IMG/VR virus record: IMGVR_UViG_3300036832_001295 | Span: 1 to 64,000 of that record | Length of the DNA stretch: 64,000 nucleotides | Strand: one strand, 5' to 3' | Origin: a virus | Shown: positions 38,505 through 46,254 of the stretch, piece by piece | How the letters are laid out: each line of letters starts with the position of its first letter | Position numbering within the stretch: the first letter of the stretch is position 1 | Made by a program: the position numbers and the translations under genes | The notes under the pieces: model-generated | Databases searched by the model: none | Told to the model about the DNA's origin: nothing | The model's input: only the letters and a program-made list of their open reading frames with translations

Positions 38505-39299
38505 TCAGTAGGTGAACAGCCGGGTCCAGTCGCCCCGCCACACCTGGCCGACATGCTTGCTGCGCGGGGTGTGCTTCTTCTGCCACTTGGTCACCGCGGC
38601 GGTAGTAGTTGCTCCGTAGACGCCCGGGGTCCACTTGCCGCCGAAGCCGAGGGCCGCCAGCCGGTTCTGGATGGCCTGGATGTCCGGGCGTTCGGCGACG
38701 TAGTAGCCGCCGTGGCTGGTGTTCGGCCCGGCGATCGGCCCGAAGTAGTGGCCCTTCTTCATGTAGGAGGGCCAGCGGCGGCGCAACTTCTTCTCCTTGC
38801 CCGGTTTGGCCGGTGCCTTGGGGGCCGAACCCTGCCCGCAGAAGACCTGCGCGACCCGCTGCCAGGCGGGTCCGTCGTTGACGTAGGCGCGGTGCCCGGA
38901 CAGATGCACGTGCCAAAGATGTGATTTGTCCGAACTGACCCATTTCAGGGTCTGCACGTCCAGCCCGGTGACGTCCTTGCCGTTGACGGTGCCGAAGAAC
39001 TCGCGCAGCGTCTGCATCCGCACGTCGTGCGCCTTGGCGGCGTTGATCAGCCGTTGGGTGACCTTGCGCATCTGCGCCGCGGGCAGCGTGACGTCCAGGG
39101 CGGACGCGGCCTGCCCGTCGCCCTTGCGGTCGATCGGTTGGGTCACCGAATAGTCGTCCTTGGGCAGCACGTCCCGGCAACGGTGGTAGCCGTAGGCGTG
39201 GCTGCGGTCCCCGACGATGCCGGACAGCTGCGCCTGCGGGATGAAATGGTGGATGGTGTTGTAGGCCGCCTGGATCGCCTGCGGGGCATATTCGCTCAT
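38505..39299 (-). CDS. second lysin: putative Zn peptidase (M15-like) plus peptidoglycan-binding domain
   Basis: GYH...ALDV...HLWHVHLS metal ligands; C-terminal DIQAIQNRL...GVYGATTTAAVTKWQ...GQVW PG-binding pattern. Confidence 0.75.
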   Translation of the reverse strand: MSEYAPQAIQAAYNTIHHFIPQAQLSGIVGDRSHAYGYHRCRDVLPKDDYSVTQPIDRKGDGQAASALDVTLPAAQMRKVTQRLINAAKAHDVRMQTLREFFGTVNGKDVTGLDVQTLKWVSSDKSHLWHVHLSGHRAYVNDGPAWQRVAQVFCGQGSAPKAPAKPGKEKKLRRRWPSYMKKGHYFGPIAGPNTSHGGYYVAERPDIQAIQNRLAALGFGGKWTPGVYGATTTAAVTKWQKKHTPRSKHVGQVWRGDWTRLFTY

Positions 39300-39314
39300 C
39301 GGTGTTCCTCCCGT

Positions 39315-39557
39315 TCAGCCCACACCGTCACCGGGCAGGGCAACCGTAACCCGGCCTCCCGTTATCCACTGCCCCCAGACCGACCTGATCCGGGGACCGG
39401 GCGGCGGCAGCACCGGCACCTCGACGTTGACCAGCGCCCGGCAGCACCGGCAGCGGTACTCCCGGTAGGCGGCACCATCCAGCGTGATGCAGGACCGCTC
39501 GTCACTGTCCAGGTCCTGCTGCCCGCAGTTCGGGCAGACCGCGCCGATCTCACACAT
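39315..39557 (-). CDS. small Cys-rich zinc-ribbon protein
   Basis: CPNCG...CRCC; GTG start overlapping the portal end. Confidence 0.5.
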   Translation of the reverse strand: MCEIGAVCPNCGQQDLDSDERSCITLDGAAYREYRCRCCRALVNVEVPVLPPPGPRIRSVWGQWITGGRVTVALPGDGVG

Positions 39558-42375
39558 CCTCTTCCTCTTCCTCCTCGTCGCCGTAATGGGTGTCCCCGGC
39601 CAGCTTCGGCACCGCGGAGGTGTCCAGATACTTGCGCATTCCGTACACCTTCGGGTCCCCGAAACGCCCGGTCGGCCGGTAATGGGTCGGGTCGTCTTCC
39701 TCGGAGTTGTCCGGGGCGATCCAGTGCCGTTTGGTGACCACGCTGATGCCGAAGCGCTGCCCCGGCTGGTACCCGGCCAGCTTGCTCAGCTTGGCCGCCT
39801 TCTTCCGGGGCCGTTTGCCGTCCTTGTTGTCCTTCGGCGCGTCCTCGCGCTCCTCGTCGGACTCCTCCGGGCCGGACTCCTGGCCGGGCATCGGGGCGGG
39901 CAACCCCAACGCCGGGTTGCCGACCGGCGGGGCGTTGATGTCGCCTTGCTCGGCCATCATCGCCTGCTCCGGGTCCGGCGACATCACCGGGTTGTCGTCC
40001 ACCCCCATGCCCAGCGAAGGCACCGCCGCGTCGTTGGCGTTGTAGACCGGCGAGGGCTGGCTGCCCGCCTCGATCGCCTTCGGGGCGAAGTCGGCGGCCA
40101 GGTCCGCCGGGATCGGGTAGCCCTCCCGTTGCAGGGACTGGAAGATCTTGCGGCGGGTGTCCTGCTCGGCGACCGCCAGGGCCACCGCCTCCTCGCTACG
40201 CTGCTCGATGGCCTCGTTGAACTCGATGCCGGTGGTGGACAGCCGCTGCTTGTACGGGATCGGCACCCCGGCCGCGGCGAGGGTCTCCACGAACTGCCGC
40301 TCGGTCTCCTCATCGGAGATGTTCAGCGTCTTGAAGGTCAGCCGCGGGATCAGCAGCTTGGGCTGTTCGATGATGCGTTCCTCGCCGGACTCCTCGTCTA
40401 TCTCATAGATCTCCTCGGTGATCAGGTACCGTTTCCCGCCGCGCACCTCGTAGTCGAAATGCTCCTGCGCCTCGGCGACGATCGCGGCCCGGTCGAAGAC
40501 GAACTTGGCCAGCATCCGCTGGTAGTGGGTCAGCAGCTGGGTGACCACATCCCTGTTCAAGGCATCCGCGGCGTAGGTCTCCCCGGCCTGCGCGCCGGTC
40601 AGCATCGTCTGAGACAGCCCGAACACCATCAAGATCCGTTCGGTGATCCGGTCGAAGTCGTTGGACAGGTCCGGCACGTTCTCCCGGCCGAAGACCGGCT
40701 GCATGTCGATCGCCCAGTGGTAGGTCAGCACCCGGAAATCGGCGGCCAGCGCCGCGTCCAGGGAGGCGTTGAACTCCTCCATGTCCTCCTGAGTGGGGAT
40801 CCACGGGGTGCCGGTGCCCAGGTCCTGCGCGGTCGCGCCCAGCTTGGTCAGGATCAGCGGGGTGTAGAGCCGATCGGCGATGGAGTCCAGCGCGGAGTTC
40901 AGCATCTCCTCCTGGATGATCATCCGGAAGGCCCGCATCAGCAGCGGGATGCCACGGTTAGAAAACCGGTCGGCCTTGAACCGCAGCTGCTTCAGGATGA
41001 TGTTGGAGACGGGCATCAGCGCGTCTTCCTGGGCGTAGTTCAGCAGTTCCGGGAACTGCCGGACCAGCTGCGTGTACTGCCAGTGCGGGGTGCGGCTGGT
41101 GAGCACCTTGCGCAGCGACTCGGGCAGCCGCATCAGGTACCGCGGGTCGTTCAGGAACAGCGACTTCTCGATCTCCACGTCATCCGGGTTGATCAGTTCG
41201 TCGGCTTCCCAGACGCCCAGCGTGTCGTTCCAGCCGCCCAGCGCCCAGGACTCGCCGGACAACCAGTACTCGGTGCCCAGGTCGAGCAGGAAGTCCTCGA
41301 AGTTCAGCTGGTCGAAGAACAGGTCGGAGTAGAAGTCGATCAGCTGCTGGTCCTGGCATTCGAAGGCCATGCCCTGCATCGGCAGCTTGGAGTAGACGTC
41401 GATGCAGGCCGGGATCACCGGGTGGGTGACGTAAAGCAGGCGGCAGTTCTTGGACTGGTAGCCCCAGGCGACGTAGTTGCCGGTGCTGGTCTGCATGCTG
41501 ATCACGGTGGCGGTGCCCGCGTCGGTAACCGAGAGCACCTTGTCCGGCCCGCCGTGCGGCAGGGTGTACCAGCGCCCGACCGCGTTCATCCCGGACTCCA
41601 CCGAAGACAGCCCGAACAGTTCGTCGCCTTCGTTGGCGACGAAGTACTCGGTAGTGATCTTGCCGGTGTCGATCGGGTGACCGCGCAGGTCGACCTGCTG
41701 ACGGCCGAACCACGGGTTGAACCAGCGGTGGTCGGGGGTGCAGGTGATGACCTGGCCGGAGGCCATGGTCAGCTTCACCACCGGCACGTCATCGCGGGAC
41801 AGAGTGGCCAGCACGGTGGCCGGGAGGTAGTGCACGCCCAGCCCGCCGTTGCTGTGCAGCGTGTACTTCCAGCCCTGCACCGCATCGCCGGGGGTGATCT
41901 CACCCAGCGGTTTGGAGGTGCCGTCGGCCATCAGGATCGGCGCGTCCGGGGTATTGCAGAACTCCCGGATCCGTTCCAACTCGACCGGGTCGGTGAAGTT
42001 GAAGGGCAGGTTGTTCTGCCGCCAGTACCACATCGGGTCACGCGGGCGGGCGGTGGCGATCTGCATCGAGCCACCGGTCCCGTAGGCCGCGGTGCGGCGC
42101 ATCGACGTGCCGACCGCCCGGGAGCCGCTCAGCCGGTTGTTGATGGTGCGCTCGGGCAGGTGCGGGGCCCCGAACGGCAACCCGGCAGGGGTGCGCTGGT
42201 CGGACTCGCGGACCCGCCGGGTCGCGACCCGGCGCGGCGACGCGATGTTGGCTCCGGTGCCGGGCAGGTCCGGCAGCGGCACCCGGCGGCCCCGCCGGTC
42301 GGTCACGGAAAAGTCGGCCACGTTACTTCGCGGCCCCAGCCGGGTGACGGGCAGCGGGTCGCCCGCTAGGTTCAC
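39550..42375 (-). CDS. portal protein (Bxz1-like) containing an intein; exact start uncertain
   Basis: RPRDPMWYW, IDVYSKLP, RGIPLLMRAFR, IADRLYTPLIL.KLG and ALAADFR recognised from cluster C portals. Confidence 0.88.
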   Translation of the reverse strand: MNLAGDPLPVTRLGPRSNVADFSVTDRRGRRVPLPDLPGTGANIASPRRVATRRVRESDQRTPAGLPFGAPHLPERTINNRLSGSRAVGTSMRRTAAYGTGGSMQIATARPRDPMWYWRQNNLPFNFTDPVELERIREFCNTPDAPILMADGTSKPLGEITPGDAVQGWKYTLHSNGGLGVHYLPATVLATLSRDDVPVVKLTMASGQVITCTPDHRWFNPWFGRQQVDLRGHPIDTGKITTEYFVANEGDELFGLSSVESGMNAVGRWYTLPHGGPDKVLSVTDAGTATVISMQTSTGNYVAWGYQSKNCRLLYVTHPVIPACIDVYSKLPMQGMAFECQDQQLIDFYSDLFFDQLNFEDFLLDLGTEYWLSGESWALGGWNDTLGVWEADELINPDDVEIEKSLFLNDPRYLMRLPESLRKVLTSRTPHWQYTQLVRQFPELLNYAQEDALMPVSNIILKQLRFKADRFSNRGIPLLMRAFRMIIQEEMLNSALDSIADRLYTPLILTKLGATAQDLGTGTPWIPTQEDMEEFNASLDAALAADFRVLTYHWAIDMQPVFGRENVPDLSNDFDRITERILMVFGLSQTMLTGAQAGETYAADALNRDVVTQLLTHYQRMLAKFVFDRAAIVAEAQEHFDYEVRGGKRYLITEEIYEIDEESGEERIIEQPKLLIPRLTFKTLNISDEETERQFVETLAAAGVPIPYKQRLSTTGIEFNEAIEQRSEEAVALAVAEQDTRRKIFQSLQREGYPIPADLAADFAPKAIEAGSQPSPVYNANDAAVPSLGMGVDDNPVMSPDPEQAMMAEQGDINAPPVGNPALGLPAPMPGQESGPEESDEEREDAPKDNKDGKRPRKKAAKLSKLAGYQPGQRFGISVVTKRHWIAPDNSEEDDPTHYRPTGRFGDPKVYGMRKYLDTSAVPKLAGDTHYGDEEEEEEDV
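41446..41958 (-). mobile_element. mini-intein (171 aa, no endonuclease) in the portal
   Basis: starts CNTPDAPILMADG, block B CTPDHRW, ends TGNYVAWGYQSKN followed by +1 Cys; removal gives RIREF-CRLLYVTH. Confidence 0.88.
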
Positions 42376-42414
42376 TTCAAACGGTCCACCTCCCGAGAAC
42401 AGGAGCTACTACTG

Positions 42415-42669
42415 ATGACCGATGTGGCCGACCGGCCGTTTACCGGCCAGATGCATGACCTGAACGAGAAGGGCGACACCAAGATCGTCTGGAGCGCCGA
42501 CAACCCGGACGAGGTGGCGATTGCCAAGACCGCCTTCGACGCGGCCCGCAAGAAGGGCATGCTGGCCTACAAGGCCGAGGGCCGCAAGGGCGAACGCGGC
42601 AGCCAGATCCGCGAGTTCGACCCGGACGCGGAACGGATCATCCTTGTGAAACCCCTCCAAGGCGGCTGA
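42415..42669 (+). CDS. small protein ending in Gly-Gly
   Basis: 84 aa, AGGAG RBS; GDTKIVW...IREFDPDAERIILVKPLQGG. Confidence 0.8.
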   Translation: MTDVADRPFTGQMHDLNEKGDTKIVWSADNPDEVAIAKTAFDAARKKGMLAYKAEGRKGERGSQIREFDPDAERIILVKPLQGG

Positions 42670-42670
42670 C

Positions 42671-43339
42671 TTGGCCACCTACTGGCCCACCGACAGCACC
42701 TGGTATTGGTCCACGACTACCTCTGCGACCACTACGATCACGTGGCCGCATGACCTCGCCTGGCAGACCTGGGGCACGCAGACCAACACGATCCAGTTGA
42801 ACTCCACCTGGGAGACGTGGAACTGGACCGACCCGGTCTACCCCGTCCGACCCATCTCCGTACCGCCGACCCCCGAACAACTGATCGAGGCGGAGGCCCA
42901 CAGAGCCGCCCAGGAGCGGCTGTGGGCCGACCAGCAGCAGGAACGTGAACTGGCCAACGCCACCGCCCGCGTGTTGCTGGAAGCGGTGCTGTCCGAAACA
43001 CAGCTGCGCGACCACCAGCAACACGGCTTCTTCGAGGTGTTGAGTGCGGCCGGACGGCGCTACCGGATCCACACCGGCAACGGCTCCAACGCGGGCAACA
43101 TCAAGTTGATGGTCGGCGAGAGCGGCGAACAGGTGGCCGCCTCGCTGTGCGCGCATCTGTACGGCCGAGAGCCGGTCGCCGACTCGTGGATCGCGCAGAA
43201 GCTGGCCTTGGAGGACGACGAGGAAGGTTTCTGGGCGGTGGCCAACCCGTCCTGGCACCGGCCACGCGAGATCGAGGTGCCGACTCCGCAGTTCCGGACT
43301 CGTGGGTTGCGGGAACGGCCGGTGCAGCTGGCAGCATGA
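42671..43339 (+). CDS. conserved phage hypothetical protein (LCAH motif)
   Basis: 222 aa; Trp/Thr-rich N-terminus; GRRYRI...LCAH...AQKLALEDDEEGF. Confidence 0.75.
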   Translation: MATYWPTDSTWYWSTTTSATTTITWPHDLAWQTWGTQTNTIQLNSTWETWNWTDPVYPVRPISVPPTPEQLIEAEAHRAAQERLWADQQQERELANATARVLLEAVLSETQLRDHQQHGFFEVLSAAGRRYRIHTGNGSNAGNIKLMVGESGEQVAASLCAHLYGREPVADSWIAQKLALEDDEEGFWAVANPSWHRPREIEVPTPQFRTRGLRERPVQLAA

Positions 43340-43500
43340 ACACACCGGGGCACAGCGTCGGGGACCTCTGGTGCTACGGCGGCGTGGGCTCGTGCGAGGC
43401 CGCGCCGGACAGCCGCCACAAGTGGATCAAGATAGGGGACGGCGGGGACAGCAACGAACTGTTCGAGTGTGAGTACTGCCACCAACGGATCTGGGACTGA
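43336..43500 (+). CDS. small Cys/His protein
   Basis: 54 aa; ATGA overlap; C..HKW...CEYC. Confidence 0.55.
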   Translation: MNTPGHSVGDLWCYGGVGSCEAAPDSRHKWIKIGDGGDSNELFECEYCHQRIWD

Positions 43501-43501
43501 G

Positions 43502-43657
43502 ATGCGACGCCGGTTCGCGCTCTGGCGGTGCCGGGTGCTGGGCTGGCATCCGCAGCGTTACCGCGAGGCGTTCGGCTTCGACGGTTGCTCGGTGCATGCT
43601 CGGTGCAGACGGTGCGGCTTCGAGGGGATGGAGGACAGCCAGGGCGGGTTGTTCTAA
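43502..43657 (+). CDS. small Cys-rich protein
   Basis: 51 aa; CRVLGWH...CRRCG. Confidence 0.55.
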   Translation: MRRRFALWRCRVLGWHPQRYREAFGFDGCSVHARCRRCGFEGMEDSQGGLF

Positions 43658-43775
43658 CCGACGTGCGAGTACCCACGACGATGAGTCGAGAACCAGCGCG
43701 GTGAGGATTGCCGGGTGACACTCCGCCACTCGCACGCGGACGGCTAACCCCAGCGGATCTGCTGGTCGAGGTGGC

Positions 43776-44009
43776 CTAACCGGGCGGTGCGGCCAACAAC
43801 CCGACGTGCGTGTGCGAACAGCGCTCGGCGTCCAGGTCGTGACTCTCGATCAGGCAACTCTCAAAGCCGCGCACCCGCATCGGCTCGCCGTCGATGCGCA
43901 CCGTGGTGCCGACCAACTCGCGCAGGTTGCCGAGTCCGAACCGCTTGACCAGATACACCGTGCCGTGCCCGGTGACGGTGAAGGTGTCCTCGGCGTGCAA
44001 CTCGATCAC
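43776..44009 (-). CDS. small protein resembling EF-Tu domain II
   Basis: EDTFTVTGHGTVY...VRGFES versus EF-Tu EDVFSIxGRGTVV...VTGVEM. Confidence 0.5.
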   Translation of the reverse strand: MIELHAEDTFTVTGHGTVYLVKRFGLGNLRELVGTTVRIDGEPMRVRGFESCLIESHDLDAERCSHTHVGLLAAPPG

Positions 44010-44032
44010 CGCCGCAGCCTAGCGGCGGCGGC

Positions 44033-44365
44033 CTAATGCCTGCGCCGGGCGTCGTCGGCCAGTATCCGTTGCCCGTAGGCGCGGATCTGGTTGCCGAACT
44101 CGCGCAGCATCTCCCACGGCAGCCCGTCCGGGTTGGCGTGGGACAGGTGCAGGAAGCATTCCAGGTTGGCGGTGCAGGTCGGGCACAACCACGCCACCGT
44201 CCGGCCGTGGTGGGTGTAGGCGCGGGTGGTCAACGGGGTGGGGGAATGGAACTTCACCCCTTCGCAGGGGTGTTCGGCGGCTCGTGAACCCAGCTGCGGC
44301 GGCACTCCGTTGATCGCCAGGGCTGCGCCGATGGTGAAGGAACGAGTGGGCTGCGTCATGGTCAT
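44033..44365 (-). CDS. hypothetical protein
   Basis: 110 aa; WLCPTC. Confidence 0.65.
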   Translation of the reverse strand: MTMTQPTRSFTIGAALAINGVPPQLGSRAAEHPCEGVKFHSPTPLTTRAYTHHGRTVAWLCPTCTANLECFLHLSHANPDGLPWEMLREFGNQIRAYGQRILADDARRRH

Positions 44366-44948
44366 CGGCGACTTGCCTTGATCTTCGCGGCGGTGCGGGC
44401 CGGGTCGGTGCTGGACATGATCGCCAAGTGCCGCAGGAAGTCCGCCTCGCCCAGTTCGTCCCCGGCGACAGTACGGTACGACTTCTTCTTGGTGAACGGC
44501 GGCGGACCTTTGCTGCCGCCCACCTCGGCTTCCTCCTCGTCCTCGTCTTCCTCGGGCTCGCCCTCCTCGTCTTCTTCACCCTCCTCGCCTTGTTCGGCGA
44601 ACGGGTTCTCGCCGTTCTCGTCCGCGAACGGCTCCTCGCCGGGGTTGGCCATCCCGCCGTCGCCGCCGGGCATCGGCATCCCGCCCGAGTCGGGACGTCC
44701 CGGCCACGGGTACGGCTCGCCGCCCACCGACATCGGGAAGGCCGGGAACTGCGGCTGCACCTGCACGGTGAAGGCGGCGGTGCAGAAGGAGCATTCGATG
44801 GAGCCGTCGGAGCGGGCCGTCACCGACCCGCTGCCACAAAAGGGCAGTGCAGCACGTCCACCGCGTTGCCGGAGACGTGCCCGATCTTGACGAAGACCGG
44901 CATCCCTTCCGGGCCGGTGTCCAACACCGCGATCCGGTCCTGGCTCAT
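44362..44948 (-). CDS. zinc-ribbon protein spanning a -1 frameshift (44948..44820 joined to the frame ending 44362)
   Basis: C CCT TTT at 44844-44838 joins HCPF to CGSGSVTARSDGSIECSFC. Confidence 0.65.
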
Positions 44949-45418
44949 GTCGGCTCCTCCCCGAACGCGTCGCGCAGCAGCCGACGGGCCCCGACCGAGA
45001 CCACCCGGTCCATCTGCTCGGAGGACAGCTGCTCGTAAGCCAGATCCAGTGAGGTGTCCACCTTCAGCCGGGCCTCCACGTAATTCAGCACGTCCCGGGC
45101 GATCCGTTCCCAGTTGGCCAGCCGGTTGGCCCGGGCCAGCAGGTTGATGACGCCTTGTTCGCCTTCGGAGCCCATCACCATCCGCACCGACATGGTGGTC
45201 AACGTCGGGGCGTGCAGCGCCGCCTGGGACGGCTCCGGCACCAGGTCGTAGATGGACACCATGTCGATCTCGCCCTGCCGCGGGCCGGTGGACCATTTCA
45301 CGTTCGCGGCAGTGTCGGAGGCGAAGTACACCAGCGTCCCGGAGGCGGGTTGCAGCCCGTCCCGGCCGTCCCCGAGGTAGGCGACCGAGTCCCCTTCGTA
45401 GAGGCTGATGTAGCTCAC
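44945..45418 (-). CDS. hypothetical protein
   Basis: 157 aa in the operon; its stop overlaps the next start. Confidence 0.7.
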   Translation of the reverse strand: MSYISLYEGDSVAYLGDGRDGLQPASGTLVYFASDTAANVKWSTGPRQGEIDMVSIYDLVPEPSQAALHAPTLTTMSVRMVMGSEGEQGVINLLARANRLANWERIARDVLNYVEARLKVDTSLDLAYEQLSSEQMDRVVSVGARRLLRDAFGEEPT

Positions 45419-45422
45419 TTAC

Positions 45423-46253
45423 CTACCCTCCGTGTGCGACCAGCGTGGCGCGGGCCAAGGTGAGCGCCTCCTGGGCGGAAACCTGGTTGGCGGCGTGCAC
45501 CCGGGTCAGGATCGCCAGCAGCCGCCCGTCCCGGCGTGGTTTGCGGGCCAGCTTCGCGGTCCGGGTCTTCATCGACCGGTCCGGTCTGAAGTTCTCACCG
45601 GGCCGGTACGGATCCAGGTCCGGGTGCCGGTCCAGGTCGGCCAGGCTGCCGCACTTGCACACCCACCAGGCGTGATGGGCCCGGTCCGGGGCCAACGCGG
45701 TGCCGTGGTTGGCGCAGCTGGGGCAGTTGGCCTGGGCGAGCAGGTAGCGGCGTTCGTCCGGGGCGGGCAGCGTCACCTGCCGGGCCGGACGTTCGGTCTT
45801 GGCGGCCCGGCCCTGCCAGCGGGCCCCGCCGGAGGGCGGGCCGCTCGGCTCGGTGGCGTCCATCGTCTCCGGGTGCAGGTAGTCATTGCCAGGCGGTCCG
45901 GTGGCGATGCCGGTGACCGTCCCGGCCCCCATGCAGCGGCGGCAGACGGTTTCCGGGTAGGCCGGATCCAGTCCGGTGCCGTGACATTGCGGGCAGACGT
46001 GGGTATCCATGTCACGCGGCGCGCGGGGTGGGGTGCCGGGTAACGGACCTGCATAGTCGGACCAACCGCGGGTCGGGGAGGGCATCGGCTTGCCCCACCC
46101 GGTGCCGCCCGCGCCTTGCGCCATCATCGACGGTTTCGGGTCGACGCCTTCCAGGCCGAGGTTGGACGACCCGCACCGGCACATCAGGTCGGTGGACAGT
46201 TTTGCGATCACACCGCGGGCCCCGCAGTCGGCGCAGAACACTGGGATCGGCAT
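45423..46253 (-). CDS. multi-zinc-finger protein (DnaJ-type CxxCxGxG)
   Basis: start ATG 46253; CADC, CRCG, CPQCHGTG, CRRCMGAG, CPSC, CKCG. Confidence 0.7.
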   Translation of the reverse strand: MPIPVFCADCGARGVIAKLSTDLMCRCGSSNLGLEGVDPKPSMMAQGAGGTGWGKPMPSPTRGWSDYAGPLPGTPPRAPRDMDTHVCPQCHGTGLDPAYPETVCRRCMGAGTVTGIATGPPGNDYLHPETMDATEPSGPPSGGARWQGRAAKTERPARQVTLPAPDERRYLLAQANCPSCANHGTALAPDRAHHAWWVCKCGSLADLDRHPDLDPYRPGENFRPDRSMKTRTAKLARKPRRDGRLLAILTRVHAANQVSAQEALTLARATLVAHGG

Positions 46254-46254
46254 C

